Source: an uncultured Clostridia bacterium
GTDB lineage: Bacteria; Acidobacteriota; Aminicenantia; UBA2199
Reading direction: 5' to 3'
Length of the DNA: 64,000 nt
Assembly (NCBI GenBank): GCA_964422395.1
Contig: CAYRAO010000001.1
Span: 4,900 to 68,899, forward strand
Made by a program: the position numbers and the translations under genes. The notes under the pieces are model-generated. The model saw nothing but the letters and a program-made list of their open reading frames with translations. It was not told where the DNA came from and made no database searches. Positions 47,964 through 57,906 of the stretch are shown here, in pieces. How positions within the stretch are numbered: position 1 is the stretch's first letter; each line of letters starts with the position of its first letter.

Positions 47964-49161
47964 GAAATATTTTCACCTTCAAGATTCTGTTTTTTTCGAT
48001 TTCCAAAACCTGAAAGATACGGTCGTGTATAGTAATCTTTTCATTTTTTCTCGGTATTTTACCCAATTTAAAACTTAAAAGCCCTGAAACCGTCTGAAAA
48101 TCTTCATCTTCTTCAATATCAATTCCCGTAACATCTTTCAGCTCACATATATCCGTATCCCCTTTAACAAGATAACAATCGGTTCCTTTAACTATCTGTT
48201 CAACATCTTCATCATATTCATCCTGAATTTCACCGACTATTTCTTCAATAATATCTTCCATTGTCACAACACCCGATACTCCGCCAAATTCATCAACAAC
48301 TACTGCGAATTTCTGTTTCGATCTCTGAAGTTCCTTTAAAAGTTCAAGAATTCTCATACTTTCCGGTATAAAAAAAGGTTTCCTTAATAATTTTAATATG
48401 TCGAAATCATGCTGATTCCAGTAATTAAAAATATCCTTTGCCAAAATTATTCCGATTACATTATCAATCTTATCGGAAATAACAGGATATCTCGATTTTT
48501 TATTTATCTTAATAATTGATAATAAATCCGATATTTTTGAATCTTTACTAACATATATCATATCAACACGCGGTGTCATGATCTCCTTAACAAGAGTATC
48601 TCCAAATTCAAGAATACTTGCTATCATCTCCGCATCTTCCTGCTCAATTACACCCTCTTTAGTCCCCTCTTCAATAAATACTTCAAGTTCTTTATCGCTA
48701 AGATCATCTCCGTCTTGAGAATCATCTTCTGTTTTTCTTTTAGTAAAAAATGAAAATACAAAATTTACGGGAGAAAAGAAACATTCTGGGATAATACGCA
48801 GAAAAATAAGCTTTTCAAATAAAAACTCCTTGTGAAAAGAAGCTATTATGAATATAAGAAAATCAAATATGAGGATAAACATAATCAGCAGCAATACTAT
48901 GAGTAGAAATGTGTTTGAAAACAGTTCCGAGAGTAGGAGAAACGAGGAGATAAAAAGTGAAAGTTTTAGAAAGAACGAAAATGATTGAAATGAATTAAGT
49001 ATTTCATCATAATTATTTACAAGATCTTCCGTGATCATTTTTTTATTTGTTTCTTCAATAAATCCGGCTAAAGACACTTTTGAGAAGCTTTTAAAACTAA
49101 TTTCCAGTAAATAGAACAACACCGTTGTTAAAAAAAGCAAGCCATAAAAAACAAATCTCAT
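47950..49161 (-). CDS. HlyC/CorC family CNNM-CBS-CorC membrane protein
   Basis: TM N-terminus, VKEIMTPR, VVDEFGGVSGVVTMEDIIEEIVGEIQDEYD, CorC domain. Confidence 0.92.
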   Translation of the reverse strand: MRFVFYGLLFLTTVLFYLLEISFKSFSKVSLAGFIEETNKKMITEDLVNNYDEILNSFQSFSFFLKLSLFISSFLLLSELFSNTFLLIVLLLIMFILIFDFLIFIIASFHKEFLFEKLIFLRIIPECFFSPVNFVFSFFTKRKTEDDSQDGDDLSDKELEVFIEEGTKEGVIEQEDAEMIASILEFGDTLVKEIMTPRVDMIYVSKDSKISDLLSIIKINKKSRYPVISDKIDNVIGIILAKDIFNYWNQHDFDILKLLRKPFFIPESMRILELLKELQRSKQKFAVVVDEFGGVSGVVTMEDIIEEIVGEIQDEYDEDVEQIVKGTDCYLVKGDTDICELKDVTGIDIEEDEDFQTVSGLLSFKLGKIPRKNEKITIHDRIFQVLEIEKNRILKVKIFHEKK

Positions 49162-49342
49162 ATTAACTGCCTTGAAACGGTCATTTTAAATTTATACTTC
49201 CGGAAATCCAAGACAACAAATTCACATTTAATACACATACTTAAAACGGATTCTATCATAATGATAAAGATAAATGAAATATTTTCTTTTTATTAATGGC
49301 AAATATTATGGGAGAAATATTACTAATTTATACATTCTTAAA

Positions 49343-49371
49343 TTGACATTCACTGGAAATAAAGTTATAAA
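49343..49371 (+). promoter_or_regulatory. Promoter of purF with very short leader
   Basis: TTGACA-N17-TATAAA; 10 nt to ATG 49382; no SD. Confidence 0.7.
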
Positions 49372-49381
49372 CAGTATCAAC

Positions 49382-50842
49382 ATGTGCGGAGTAATAGGAA
49401 TATTCGATAACGATGAAGTTGTAACGAAATTGTATGGTGCCATGCTTACAATTCAACACAGAGGGCAGGATTCAGCCGGAATTTTGACTTACGACGGGAG
49501 GTTTCATTTAAAAAAAGGAAATGGTCTTGTCGATGAGATTTTTGATCAGAGAAATATTTCCAGATTAACCGGAAATGTCGGACTGGGTCATACAAGGTAT
49601 CCTACAATCGGAGAAGGATCGGTAGAGGATTCACAGCCGTTCTGGGTCAATACCCCTTTTGGTATTGCCGGTACACACAATGGAAACGTAACCAATTTTG
49701 AAGAGTTAAAAGATGATTTGACAAAAAAATCTTTCAGAGTAATAAATTCAAATTCGGATATGGAAGTAATACTAAACGTTTTCGCAGAATACCTCGAACG
49801 TCTTAAAATAAAAGATATTACTCCCGAAATAATTTTTAAATCTATCAGACACATATATAAGAAAATAAGAGGTAGTTATTCTGTTGTATTTTACATTGCA
49901 GGAAAAGGCATGGTCGGATTTAGAGACCCTTACGGATTAAGACCGCTCCTTTTCGGTACCAACAGAGATAAACTTGTCCCATCTTATGCATTTGCTTCGG
50001 AAAGTGTTTCTCTTGATGTTATGGGATTCAATGAAATTGAAGATCTGGAACCCGGTTCCGCAATTTTTATTGATAACAATAAAAGAGTGTTTAAGAAACG
50101 CATTTTAAAGAAACCTCACAGACCTTGTATATTCGAATACATATACTTCGCAAGACCGGATTCTTATCTTAATAAAATTAATGTTTATCAATCCAGAGTT
50201 GAGCTCGGAAAAGCTATCTCAAAAAAAGTTAAAGGTCTTGATATTGATGTCGTAGTCCCTATTCCCGACTCTTCAAGGGCAGCCGCAATTGAAATAGCAA
50301 GGATTCTAAAGCTTAAGTATAGAGAAGGTCTTGTAAAAAACAGATATATAGGCAGAACATTTATTATGCCCGGAAACGAGCAGAGAAAGAAATCAATCAA
50401 CAATAAACTTAATCCGATAGGAGAAGTTTTTCAAAATAAAAATGTTCTTCTCGTAGATGACTCGATTGTAAGAGGCAACACATCAAGATCAATTGTTCAA
50501 ATGGTCAGAAATGCAGGAGCAAAGAAAGTATTCTTCCTCTCATATTCTTCACCTCTTACAAACCCATGTGTTTACGGAATAGATATGCAAAGGAAACAGG
50601 AATTTATTGCTACAAACGCAACTCCCGACCAAATTGCAAATAAAATAGGTGCCGACAAGGTAATTTACCAAGATCTTGATGATATGGAAAGAGCGGTAAG
50701 GGTTCAAAATAAAGATATCAAATCATTTTGTAAGGCTTGTTTCACCGGTATTTATCCAACGGGTGACGTTTCAAGTGAAATGTTAAGAAAGATTGAGAAT
50801 GAGAGAGATACATCAAAAAATAATATGGGGGAAGTGAATTAG
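49382..50842 (+). CDS. purF: Amidophosphoribosyltransferase
   Basis: N-terminal nucleophile MCGVIG (true start; the track's 49274 start would bury Cys1), QHRGQDSAG, GHTRY, HNG, VDDSIVRGNTS. Confidence 0.97.
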   Translation: MCGVIGIFDNDEVVTKLYGAMLTIQHRGQDSAGILTYDGRFHLKKGNGLVDEIFDQRNISRLTGNVGLGHTRYPTIGEGSVEDSQPFWVNTPFGIAGTHNGNVTNFEELKDDLTKKSFRVINSNSDMEVILNVFAEYLERLKIKDITPEIIFKSIRHIYKKIRGSYSVVFYIAGKGMVGFRDPYGLRPLLFGTNRDKLVPSYAFASESVSLDVMGFNEIEDLEPGSAIFIDNNKRVFKKRILKKPHRPCIFEYIYFARPDSYLNKINVYQSRVELGKAISKKVKGLDIDVVVPIPDSSRAAAIEIARILKLKYREGLVKNRYIGRTFIMPGNEQRKKSINNKLNPIGEVFQNKNVLLVDDSIVRGNTSRSIVQMVRNAGAKKVFFLSYSSPLTNPCVYGIDMQRKQEFIATNATPDQIANKIGADKVIYQDLDDMERAVRVQNKDIKSFCKACFTGIYPTGDVSSEMLRKIENERDTSKNNMGEVN

Positions 50843-50849
50843 TTTTTTC

Positions 50850-51977
50850 ATGGAATCTGTTTTTGAACTCACAGGAGACCTTATCGATAGGTATCTAATA
50901 GACCTCCTCTCCTTTTTACTGAAATCCGATCATGACAGCTACATCCTGAGTATTAAAGCCAATAAAACCGATAATTTAAGCACAAAAAAGATAAGTGTAA
51001 AGAAGAACAAAATTATTTTTATTTATTCGGAAAAACCCGAGGATAGATTTATTGAATTTGTTAAGAATAACACCGATATTGAAGAAAAAAATCTAAAAAA
51101 AGCGGAAATATCATCTCTTGAAAGAAAGATCCGGCTCGGAAAAGCATTAAACGAGCTTGGACTAATTGATTATACAATGCTTTGGAAACTTGTTTACGAT
51201 CATCAAAAGACACTACTTGATGAAATCGTCGGAATAAATTCCGGTGAATATAACGTTGATGAGAGGACATACGAATCGTCTGAAAATATCAGATTGGATA
51301 TTCCGATAGAAAATTTTATTCTAAATAATATCCGGAAAATTAATTCAGAGGATATGCTAAATAAACACTTTAGCATTGGAGAAAAAATTTTTTTGATTGG
51401 GAAAGACCCGATATCGAATGTGGAATTGGAGCCTTATGAAAAACATATCCTTGAACTTTGTTTTTTGTATAAAAATATAGATAGAATCCTTGAAAAAAGC
51501 GAACTCAGCAAATCCGACACATTAAAGTATTTACATTTTTTCTATTTAATAGGTATTCTTTCAGATAAAAAAAACCTTGAAAAGCAAAATAATGTTTCCG
51601 GTGACGGTTTGGCAAGCATTTCATTTAGCTCTTACGAAGAAGCACTAAAACACTATAATGTTAAATATACGATGATTTACAAAATTTTATCAAAAGAGAT
51701 CGGTCCGATTGCAATTTCAATACTCTCAAAATCCATTGACGATATAAGAGACAATCTCCCTGTATTTCTAAAAGGAGCGGAAATAGGGAAAAATGGTGCT
51801 TTGGTAGAGAAAAAAGTATTAAAAAAAGTCTGGTATCATGATTATGAAACATACAGTGCAGAGTTCGTAAGAGGACTTGAGGAACTTTTATACGCACAAA
51901 TATTTGCAGTAAAAAAGAATCTTGGTGTCTACTATGAAAATCAAATATTAAAATGGCTGAAAGGAATAGGAAACTAA
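50850..51977 (+). CDS. Hypothetical protein, DUF4388/PATAN-like N-domain
   Basis: RLGKALNELGLID and subsequent winged-helix-like pattern resemble DUF4388 proteins; C-terminal helical domain unknown. Confidence 0.5.
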   Translation: MESVFELTGDLIDRYLIDLLSFLLKSDHDSYILSIKANKTDNLSTKKISVKKNKIIFIYSEKPEDRFIEFVKNNTDIEEKNLKKAEISSLERKIRLGKALNELGLIDYTMLWKLVYDHQKTLLDEIVGINSGEYNVDERTYESSENIRLDIPIENFILNNIRKINSEDMLNKHFSIGEKIFLIGKDPISNVELEPYEKHILELCFLYKNIDRILEKSELSKSDTLKYLHFFYLIGILSDKKNLEKQNNVSGDGLASISFSSYEEALKHYNVKYTMIYKILSKEIGPIAISILSKSIDDIRDNLPVFLKGAEIGKNGALVEKKVLKKVWYHDYETYSAEFVRGLEELLYAQIFAVKKNLGVYYENQILKWLKGIGN

Positions 51978-52052
51978 CTTTAAAAAAATACCAAGCAATT
52001 TTTCTCGCTATAATTTTTCTTATATTTTTTCTAACTTTTTTGTAAAAATATT

Positions 52053-52970
52053 ATGAATTTAATTATACAGGTGCTGGGACCGACCGGTGTCGGTAAATCA
52101 CAATTATCCGTTTTTCTATCGAAAAAACTGAACGGTGAAGTTATTTCCGCTGACTCTGTTCAAGTGTATCGAAGATTCGATATCGGTTCGGCAAAAATAT
52201 CGGAACAAGAAAAAATGGGAATCCCGCACCACCTAATAGATATTCTCAGCCCTTTGGATCGGTTTAATGTCAATAACTTTATTGAACTTGCTTTCCTGAA
52301 AATCGTTAAAATCACAAAAACAGGTAAATTACCAATAGTCTGTGGCGGTACGGCACTCTATTTGAGAGGAATGATCAGAGGAATTTTTGAGGAATCCGAC
52401 AGAAATAGGATTTCAAGGAGCAAAATACTTGAAATTGGAAACACCAAGGGTTTTTTATATTTATGGAAAAGACTGGAATCAATAGATAAAAAATATGCCG
52501 AAAAGATCGGTAGAAATGATAAAAAAAGGATAATAAGAGGTCTTGAAATATATTACAATAACGGAATAATCCCAAGCAACATATCAAGTGTTACAAAATC
52601 TCCTTTTAAAAACTATAATTTTATTAGAATAGGTTTGAAAATCCCAAGAGAAATAATGTATGAGAGGATCAACAACCGTGTCGATAAAATGATTGAGGAT
52701 GGACTTGTTAATGAAGTGATAACGCTTCGTAATCTTTACGGAATTTCTTGTCCGCCAATGAGTTCCATCGGATATAAAGAGATAAACATGTTCATTGATA
52801 AAAAAATTGATTTTATTTCAGCTGTAGAATTGATAAAGCAGCATTCACGAAACTTTGCAAAAAGACAGATGTCATGGTTTCGGGGAGAAAATGATATTAA
52901 CTGGTTTGATCCTGAAAAAAAATCCGATATCTTAAACTTTATTTCAGAGAGGATTGTTGAGCTTTCCTGA
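52053..52970 (+). CDS. miaA: tRNA dimethylallyltransferase
   Basis: GPTGVGKS, SADSVQVYR, PHHL, GGTALY, NFAKRQMSWFR. Confidence 0.96.
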   Translation: MNLIIQVLGPTGVGKSQLSVFLSKKLNGEVISADSVQVYRRFDIGSAKISEQEKMGIPHHLIDILSPLDRFNVNNFIELAFLKIVKITKTGKLPIVCGGTALYLRGMIRGIFEESDRNRISRSKILEIGNTKGFLYLWKRLESIDKKYAEKIGRNDKKRIIRGLEIYYNNGIIPSNISSVTKSPFKNYNFIRIGLKIPREIMYERINNRVDKMIEDGLVNEVITLRNLYGISCPPMSSIGYKEINMFIDKKIDFISAVELIKQHSRNFAKRQMSWFRGENDINWFDPEKKSDILNFISERIVELS

Positions 52971-54222
52971 GAAAGTTTTTATAACGGGGTTATTTCCAAA
53001 TAGTGTAAAAATCCATGAGATGAAAACTATACTTGATGAGGCTATATCGCTTATTGAAACTGCCGGAGGACTTTTCTCGGGACATCTGATTCAGCGAGGA
53101 AGAAAACCGGATAAAAGTCTCTTTATAGGGAAAGGCAAAGTTCAGGAAATAAATAATCTTTTAATTGTCGAAGAGGTTGATTTAATTCTGTTTCTAAATA
53201 AACTTTCTAATGTTCAACAGAGAAATTTGGAAAATTCGCTTCAGATCAAAGTCATAGATAGAACAAGACTGATTCTTGATATTTTTGCATTGAGAGCAAT
53301 ATCACTTGAAGGTAAACTTCAGGTTGAACTTGCACAACTGCTATATTTATTACCGAGATTGACCGGAAAAGGAGTTGAACTATCCAGGCTTGGAGGAGGT
53401 ATAGGAACGCGAGGGCCGGGTGAGACCAAACTCGAAACAGATCGCCGATTAATAAAAAAAAGGATCTCAATAATAAAAGATAAATTAAAAAAAGTAAGAA
53501 ACAACAAAAAACTTCAAAGGAAGAGAAGAAAATTAAGTCCCGCACCTATAGTTTCTCTGGTCGGATATACTTCATCGGGTAAATCAACATTATTCAATCT
53601 TTTAACTAAGGAAAACACTTTTGTTACTAAAAAACTTTTCTCCACATTGGACACACTTGTCAGGAAAGTAAATCTAAAAGATGACAACGGGGATTATTAC
53701 TTCCTTTTGTCCGATACGGTCGGATTTATAAGAGATATGCCGGAGGAACTCTTAACCGCATTTTACAGTACATTGGAAGAAATTATTGAATCCGACATTA
53801 TTCTTTTATTATCGGATATTTCAAATCCCGATCATGAAGATCAAATTTCCGAAGTATATAAAGTCTTAAATAAATTAGACATTAATAAAGATAAGATAAT
53901 GTTGGTTTATAATAAGATAGATAATATAAAGGATGGAGAAGATCTGGTAAAAGATGGGGTAAATAAAGTGGGAAAAGAGGTTTATATATCCGCAAAAAAT
54001 GAAATAGGGATTCAAAACCTTAAAAAGAAAATATTTAATAAATTTTTTAGAACTTACGATAAATTTTTATTTTCCGTGGACAAATCCGATAAAAAAATCA
54101 ATAATATTGAAAAATGGGCGATAGTAACGAATAAATCATATAATGGAGATAAAATTGATTTTGAAGTTTTGTGTGACAGAGAAAAAATGTTAATATTTCT
54201 TAGTGGCAACGAGGAGAATTAA
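52954..54222 (+). CDS. hflX: GTPase HflX (TTG start)
   Basis: IDRTRLILDIFA, GGGIGTRGPGETKLE, GYTSSGKST, DTVGFI, NKID. Confidence 0.95.
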   Translation: MLSFPEKVFITGLFPNSVKIHEMKTILDEAISLIETAGGLFSGHLIQRGRKPDKSLFIGKGKVQEINNLLIVEEVDLILFLNKLSNVQQRNLENSLQIKVIDRTRLILDIFALRAISLEGKLQVELAQLLYLLPRLTGKGVELSRLGGGIGTRGPGETKLETDRRLIKKRISIIKDKLKKVRNNKKLQRKRRKLSPAPIVSLVGYTSSGKSTLFNLLTKENTFVTKKLFSTLDTLVRKVNLKDDNGDYYFLLSDTVGFIRDMPEELLTAFYSTLEEIIESDIILLLSDISNPDHEDQISEVYKVLNKLDINKDKIMLVYNKIDNIKDGEDLVKDGVNKVGKEVYISAKNEIGIQNLKKKIFNKFFRTYDKFLFSVDKSDKKINNIEKWAIVTNKSYNGDKIDFEVLCDREKMLIFLSGNEEN

Positions 54223-54223
54223 A

Positions 54224-55528
54224 ATGAAACGACATTCCATTGCTATTTTATTGGTACTGGTGGTCTTAACCGGATGTGTTACAAAAAAAATAAAATATGA
54301 TGTAGATATCCCTGAAATGGACAATAAGGGGTATAGTGATGAATTTTTCAAGGAAGGCTGGGAACAGTTGAAAATCGGGAAAATTGATCTGGCTTATGAA
54401 AAATTCAAGGAAAGCAACTCAAAAGATTACAAGCTTTACAATGCGTTCGGTTATGTATATTTATTAAAAAACAAACCTTCCAACGCCTTAAGAAATTTTA
54501 AGAAATCTCTAAAACTTAAAGAAGACAATGTTCAAGCGGAATACGGACTTGCAATGATAAGAGAGATCGGAAATGATATTAAGGGTGCATTTAAAATCTA
54601 TTCCGAAATCATTTTAAAATATCCCGATAGTGAATGGGCAAAAAAAAAATACAAATTGATAAAAGACAGGGAAACTAAAATACATCTGGAAAATGCAGAA
54701 AAATATTTAATGGCAAACAAAGATGAAAACTATATAAAAAGTCTTAAACTTGCTTCCGAATATTCACCTGAAAAAACCGAATTGAAGGTAAAAATAGGTG
54801 AATATTATTACAACAAGAACAATTTTGAAAAAGCTTCAGAATATTTTGAATATGCTCTTGAAAGCAATCCTGAAGATATTGAGATAATGAGAAAACTTGC
54901 AGGTTCTTATGAAAACGGAGAAAATATTAACTCCGCAATTATTATTTATAAAAGACTATTAAACCTGCTTCCGGAGGACCTTTCAATAACAAACAAAATT
55001 AACGACCTTAAAATCAAATTTCAGGAAATTGATTTACCTGTTAAATTCAAAGATATTTTCTTCAAAGATAACATTAACAGAGAAGAACTTGCCGCACTAA
55101 TAGGACATTATTTCAAGAAATATCTATTTTTTGAAGGACAACCAGTAATTTTGACGGACATTAAAGGATCATTCGCAAAAGATCATATAATAAAGGTATG
55201 CTCTTCAGGAATTATTAAGGGGAGTCCCAATCACAGATTCAATCGTTTCAAATTAATAACCCGTGCATTTTTCTCAACGGTGGCTACTTCTTTACTAAAA
55301 TACCTAAAAGAGAAAAGCGGCTTAGAATTATATTTTACTCCATTAGTTAACAAACCGGAGCCGACTGATATTTCACCTCTTCACAAAGATTATAAAAAAA
55401 TTATGTTTCTGTTGAATTCACAGATCCTTTATCTTGACGACGAAGGTAATTTCAATCCGACCGAACAGATATCTCCTTCCGATGTTATGATATCACTAAG
55501 AAAAATTCTTAAAAGCATACCGGAATAA
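54224..55528 (+). CDS. TPR-repeat lipoprotein with C-terminal S-layer homology (SLH)-like repeats
   Basis: Lipobox VLTGC; multiple TPRs; SLH-like FKD..INREELAA, LTDI..GIIKG..F..ITR, PTD..F.P..IS; GAGGAG SD supports start at 54224. Confidence 0.72.
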   Translation: MKRHSIAILLVLVVLTGCVTKKIKYDVDIPEMDNKGYSDEFFKEGWEQLKIGKIDLAYEKFKESNSKDYKLYNAFGYVYLLKNKPSNALRNFKKSLKLKEDNVQAEYGLAMIREIGNDIKGAFKIYSEIILKYPDSEWAKKKYKLIKDRETKIHLENAEKYLMANKDENYIKSLKLASEYSPEKTELKVKIGEYYYNKNNFEKASEYFEYALESNPEDIEIMRKLAGSYENGENINSAIIIYKRLLNLLPEDLSITNKINDLKIKFQEIDLPVKFKDIFFKDNINREELAALIGHYFKKYLFFEGQPVILTDIKGSFAKDHIIKVCSSGIIKGSPNHRFNRFKLITRAFFSTVATSLLKYLKEKSGLELYFTPLVNKPEPTDISPLHKDYKKIMFLLNSQILYLDDEGNFNPTEQISPSDVMISLRKILKSIPE

Positions 55529-55564
55529 TTTTAAGAATATTTTGGGAGAATCGGATACTCTAAA

Positions 55565-55593
55565 TTTACTTTATCCTTATTAAATGATACAAT
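55565..55593 (+). promoter_or_regulatory. Promoter, likely leaderless (dNK-panBCD)
   Basis: TTTACT-N17-TACAAT with TG extension; 7 nt to GTG; no SD. Confidence 0.55.
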
Positions 55594-55600
55594 TTTCCCC

Positions 55601-56239
55601 GTGGAAAAGTTGAATAACATAGCAATAGACGGCCTTATCAGAACCGGAAAAACAGAACTTTCAAGAATTATTGCAAAGGAATTTGATGCAAAACTTATCA
55701 TTGACGACAAAAAAAATCCTTTTATTGATGAGTTCTACGAATCGTTATCCGATAATGATAGCAGTTTGGGTTTAAAAAATCAGTTAATCTTTTTACTTAA
55801 CAGATATACTCAACAAATGAGTTTAAAACAGAAGGGACTTTTCCATAAAGGTAGTGTCAGTAATTACCTTTTTTTTCGTGAAGCAATTTACTCACACGTT
55901 GTCCTCAACGATGAAGATATTGAAATATATAAGAGAATTTATAGTATCTTATCTGAAAAAATTATAGTTCCCGACCTGGTAGTATATCTTCAAGTATCAT
56001 TTTCAGAGATGATAAACAGGATTAAGAAATCCGCCAACAATCATGAGAAAAGTGTTCCTCAAGAGTATTGGAGAGAACTTTTTGAAGCTTACAATTACTA
56101 CTTTTTCAACTACAGAACATCACCTTTGCTTGTGGTAAACGTTGAAAAAATAGATATGAATAATGAAAACGATATATCAAATTTAATAAACGAGATAAGA
56201 AATCATGAAAAGGGGATAAAGTATTATGCTCCACTCTAA
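55601..56239 (+). CDS. Deoxynucleoside kinase family protein
   Basis: IAIDGLIRTGKT, PDLVVYLQ; upstream of panB as is common. Confidence 0.8.
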   Translation: MEKLNNIAIDGLIRTGKTELSRIIAKEFDAKLIIDDKKNPFIDEFYESLSDNDSSLGLKNQLIFLLNRYTQQMSLKQKGLFHKGSVSNYLFFREAIYSHVVLNDEDIEIYKRIYSILSEKIIVPDLVVYLQVSFSEMINRIKKSANNHEKSVPQEYWRELFEAYNYYFFNYRTSPLLVVNVEKIDMNNENDISNLINEIRNHEKGIKYYAPL

Positions 56240-57083
56240 AAAAAAAACGATCCCTTATATAAAGAAAAAAAAATCCGAAGGTGGAATAACAGCCCTTACC
56301 AGTTATGATTATCCGACAACAAAGATTCTGTCAGATGCGGGAATAGACCTAATTCTCGTCGGAGATTCTCTCGGAATGGTACTTCATGGAAAAGATAATA
56401 CACTTGAAGTTACAATAGAAAATATAATATATCATTCCTCTATGGTAAGTGCGGCAAAACCGGATTCTGTAATCGTGGCCGATATGCCGTTCGGATCATA
56501 CCACTCGGATGAAAAAGAGGGTGTTAAAAATGCTATCAGACTGATAAAAGAGGGGGGAGCCGAAGCTATAAAACTTGAAGGCGGAAGAAATAGATTTGGT
56601 GTAATCAAAGCCATTCTAAAAAGCGACATTCCGGTTCTCGGACATCTTGGACTTACTCCGCAATCGATAAACCGTACAGGTGGATTTAAAGTTCAAGGAA
56701 AGATCAGGAAAAAGGCTAAAGAAATTATTGAAGACGCCATTGAGTTGGAAAGACTTGGAGTTTTTGCAATTGTATTGGAATCAATACCGGCGGAACTTGC
56801 TGAAAAAATAACAGAGAAGTTGAATATCCCTACGATTGGTATAGGAGCGGGTGCCGGGTGTGACGGACAAATACTTGTATTCCACGATCTTGTCGGATTT
56901 ACGAATTTATATTTACCAAAATTTGTAAAAAAATATGCAGATGTTTATTCCGAAATGGTAGACGCAGTAAAAAATTATATAAAAGATACGAAAAACAAAA
57001 AATTCCCCGGTCCTAATGAATCATATTATTTAAACAAAAATATAGATGAGTTTTTAAATGGAAACTATAAAAAAAATAGATAA
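56226..57083 (+). CDS. panB: 3-methyl-2-oxobutanoate hydroxymethyltransferase
   Basis: LTSYDY, LVGDSLGM, ADMPFGSY, GHLGLTPQS, CDGQILV. Confidence 0.97.
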   Translation: MLHSKKKTIPYIKKKKSEGGITALTSYDYPTTKILSDAGIDLILVGDSLGMVLHGKDNTLEVTIENIIYHSSMVSAAKPDSVIVADMPFGSYHSDEKEGVKNAIRLIKEGGAEAIKLEGGRNRFGVIKAILKSDIPVLGHLGLTPQSINRTGGFKVQGKIRKKAKEIIEDAIELERLGVFAIVLESIPAELAEKITEKLNIPTIGIGAGAGCDGQILVFHDLVGFTNLYLPKFVKKYADVYSEMVDAVKNYIKDTKNKKFPGPNESYYLNKNIDEFLNGNYKKNR

Positions 57084-57906
57084 ACTTAAAAAATCACTTA
57101 TCGGAAAAAGAGAAGGAACGATAGGTTTTGTACCGACGATGGGATATCTTCATAAAGGTCATGAAGAGTTAATAAAGAAATGTAAAAATGAAAACGATAC
57201 TTCTGTAGTTTCTGTTTTTGTTAATCCGATACAATTCGGAAAGGGAGAAGATTTCAAAGAATACCCGAGAGATCCTAAAAGGGATTCGGATATCATGAAA
57301 AATCTTGGGGTGGATTACCTTTTTTGCCCTGAAATTAAGGAAATTTACCCGAAAGGATACAAAACATACGTTAATGTTAAAGAATTTGATAAGGTTTTAT
57401 GTGGAAAAAAGAGGATAAACCATTTTGAAGGTGTCGCTACAATTGTTTTAAAGTTTATCAATATCATATCTCCGGATACTATTTATTTCGGAAAAAAAGA
57501 TGCTCAACAACTAATTATTATTAAAAAAATGGTTAACGACCTAAATTTAAATACGGTTGTCAGAAGTGTTGATATTAAAAGAGACCTAAACGGTCTTGCA
57601 CTCTCTTCAAGAAATACTCTCCTTTCGGAATCAGGGAAACTGTCTGCGTTGAAACTTTCACAATCATTAATGTATGTCAAGGAAAAAATACTGAACGGAC
57701 AATTATCGGAAGTAAAAGAAATTAAAGAGATTATAAAGAGAAATATTAGTAAAGAAAAAGGAATTGACATAGAGTACATAGAAGTCTTATCCCTGAAAAA
57801 TCTCACTGAATTAAAAAAAGTCGATTTAAACAATACAATTATTGCATTGGCTGCATCCGTTGAGAATGTGAGGCTGATTGATAATTTAATTTTAGGAGAA
57901 ATTTAA
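57058..57906 (+). CDS. panC: Pantoate-beta-alanine ligase
   Basis: FVPTMGYLHKGH, FVNPIQF, FGKKDAQQ, GLALSSRN, RLIDN. Confidence 0.97.
   Translation: METIKKIDKLKKSLIGKREGTIGFVPTMGYLHKGHEELIKKCKNENDTSVVSVFVNPIQFGKGEDFKEYPRDPKRDSDIMKNLGVDYLFCPEIKEIYPKGYKTYVNVKEFDKVLCGKKRINHFEGVATIVLKFINIISPDTIYFGKKDAQQLIIIKKMVNDLNLNTVVRSVDIKRDLNGLALSSRNTLLSESGKLSALKLSQSLMYVKEKILNGQLSEVKEIKEIIKRNISKEKGIDIEYIEVLSLKNLTELKKVDLNNTIIALAASVENVRLIDNLILGEI

Noticed and set aside
49274-49381. 36-aa N-terminal extension of PurF given in the ORF track
   Set aside because: PurF needs an N-terminal Cys (MCG at 49382), and a consensus promoter lies within the supposed extension.
49162-49381. Possible purine or ZTP riboswitch upstream of purF
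   Set aside because: No recognisable aptamer, and the promoter sits about 10 nt from the start codon, leaving no leader.
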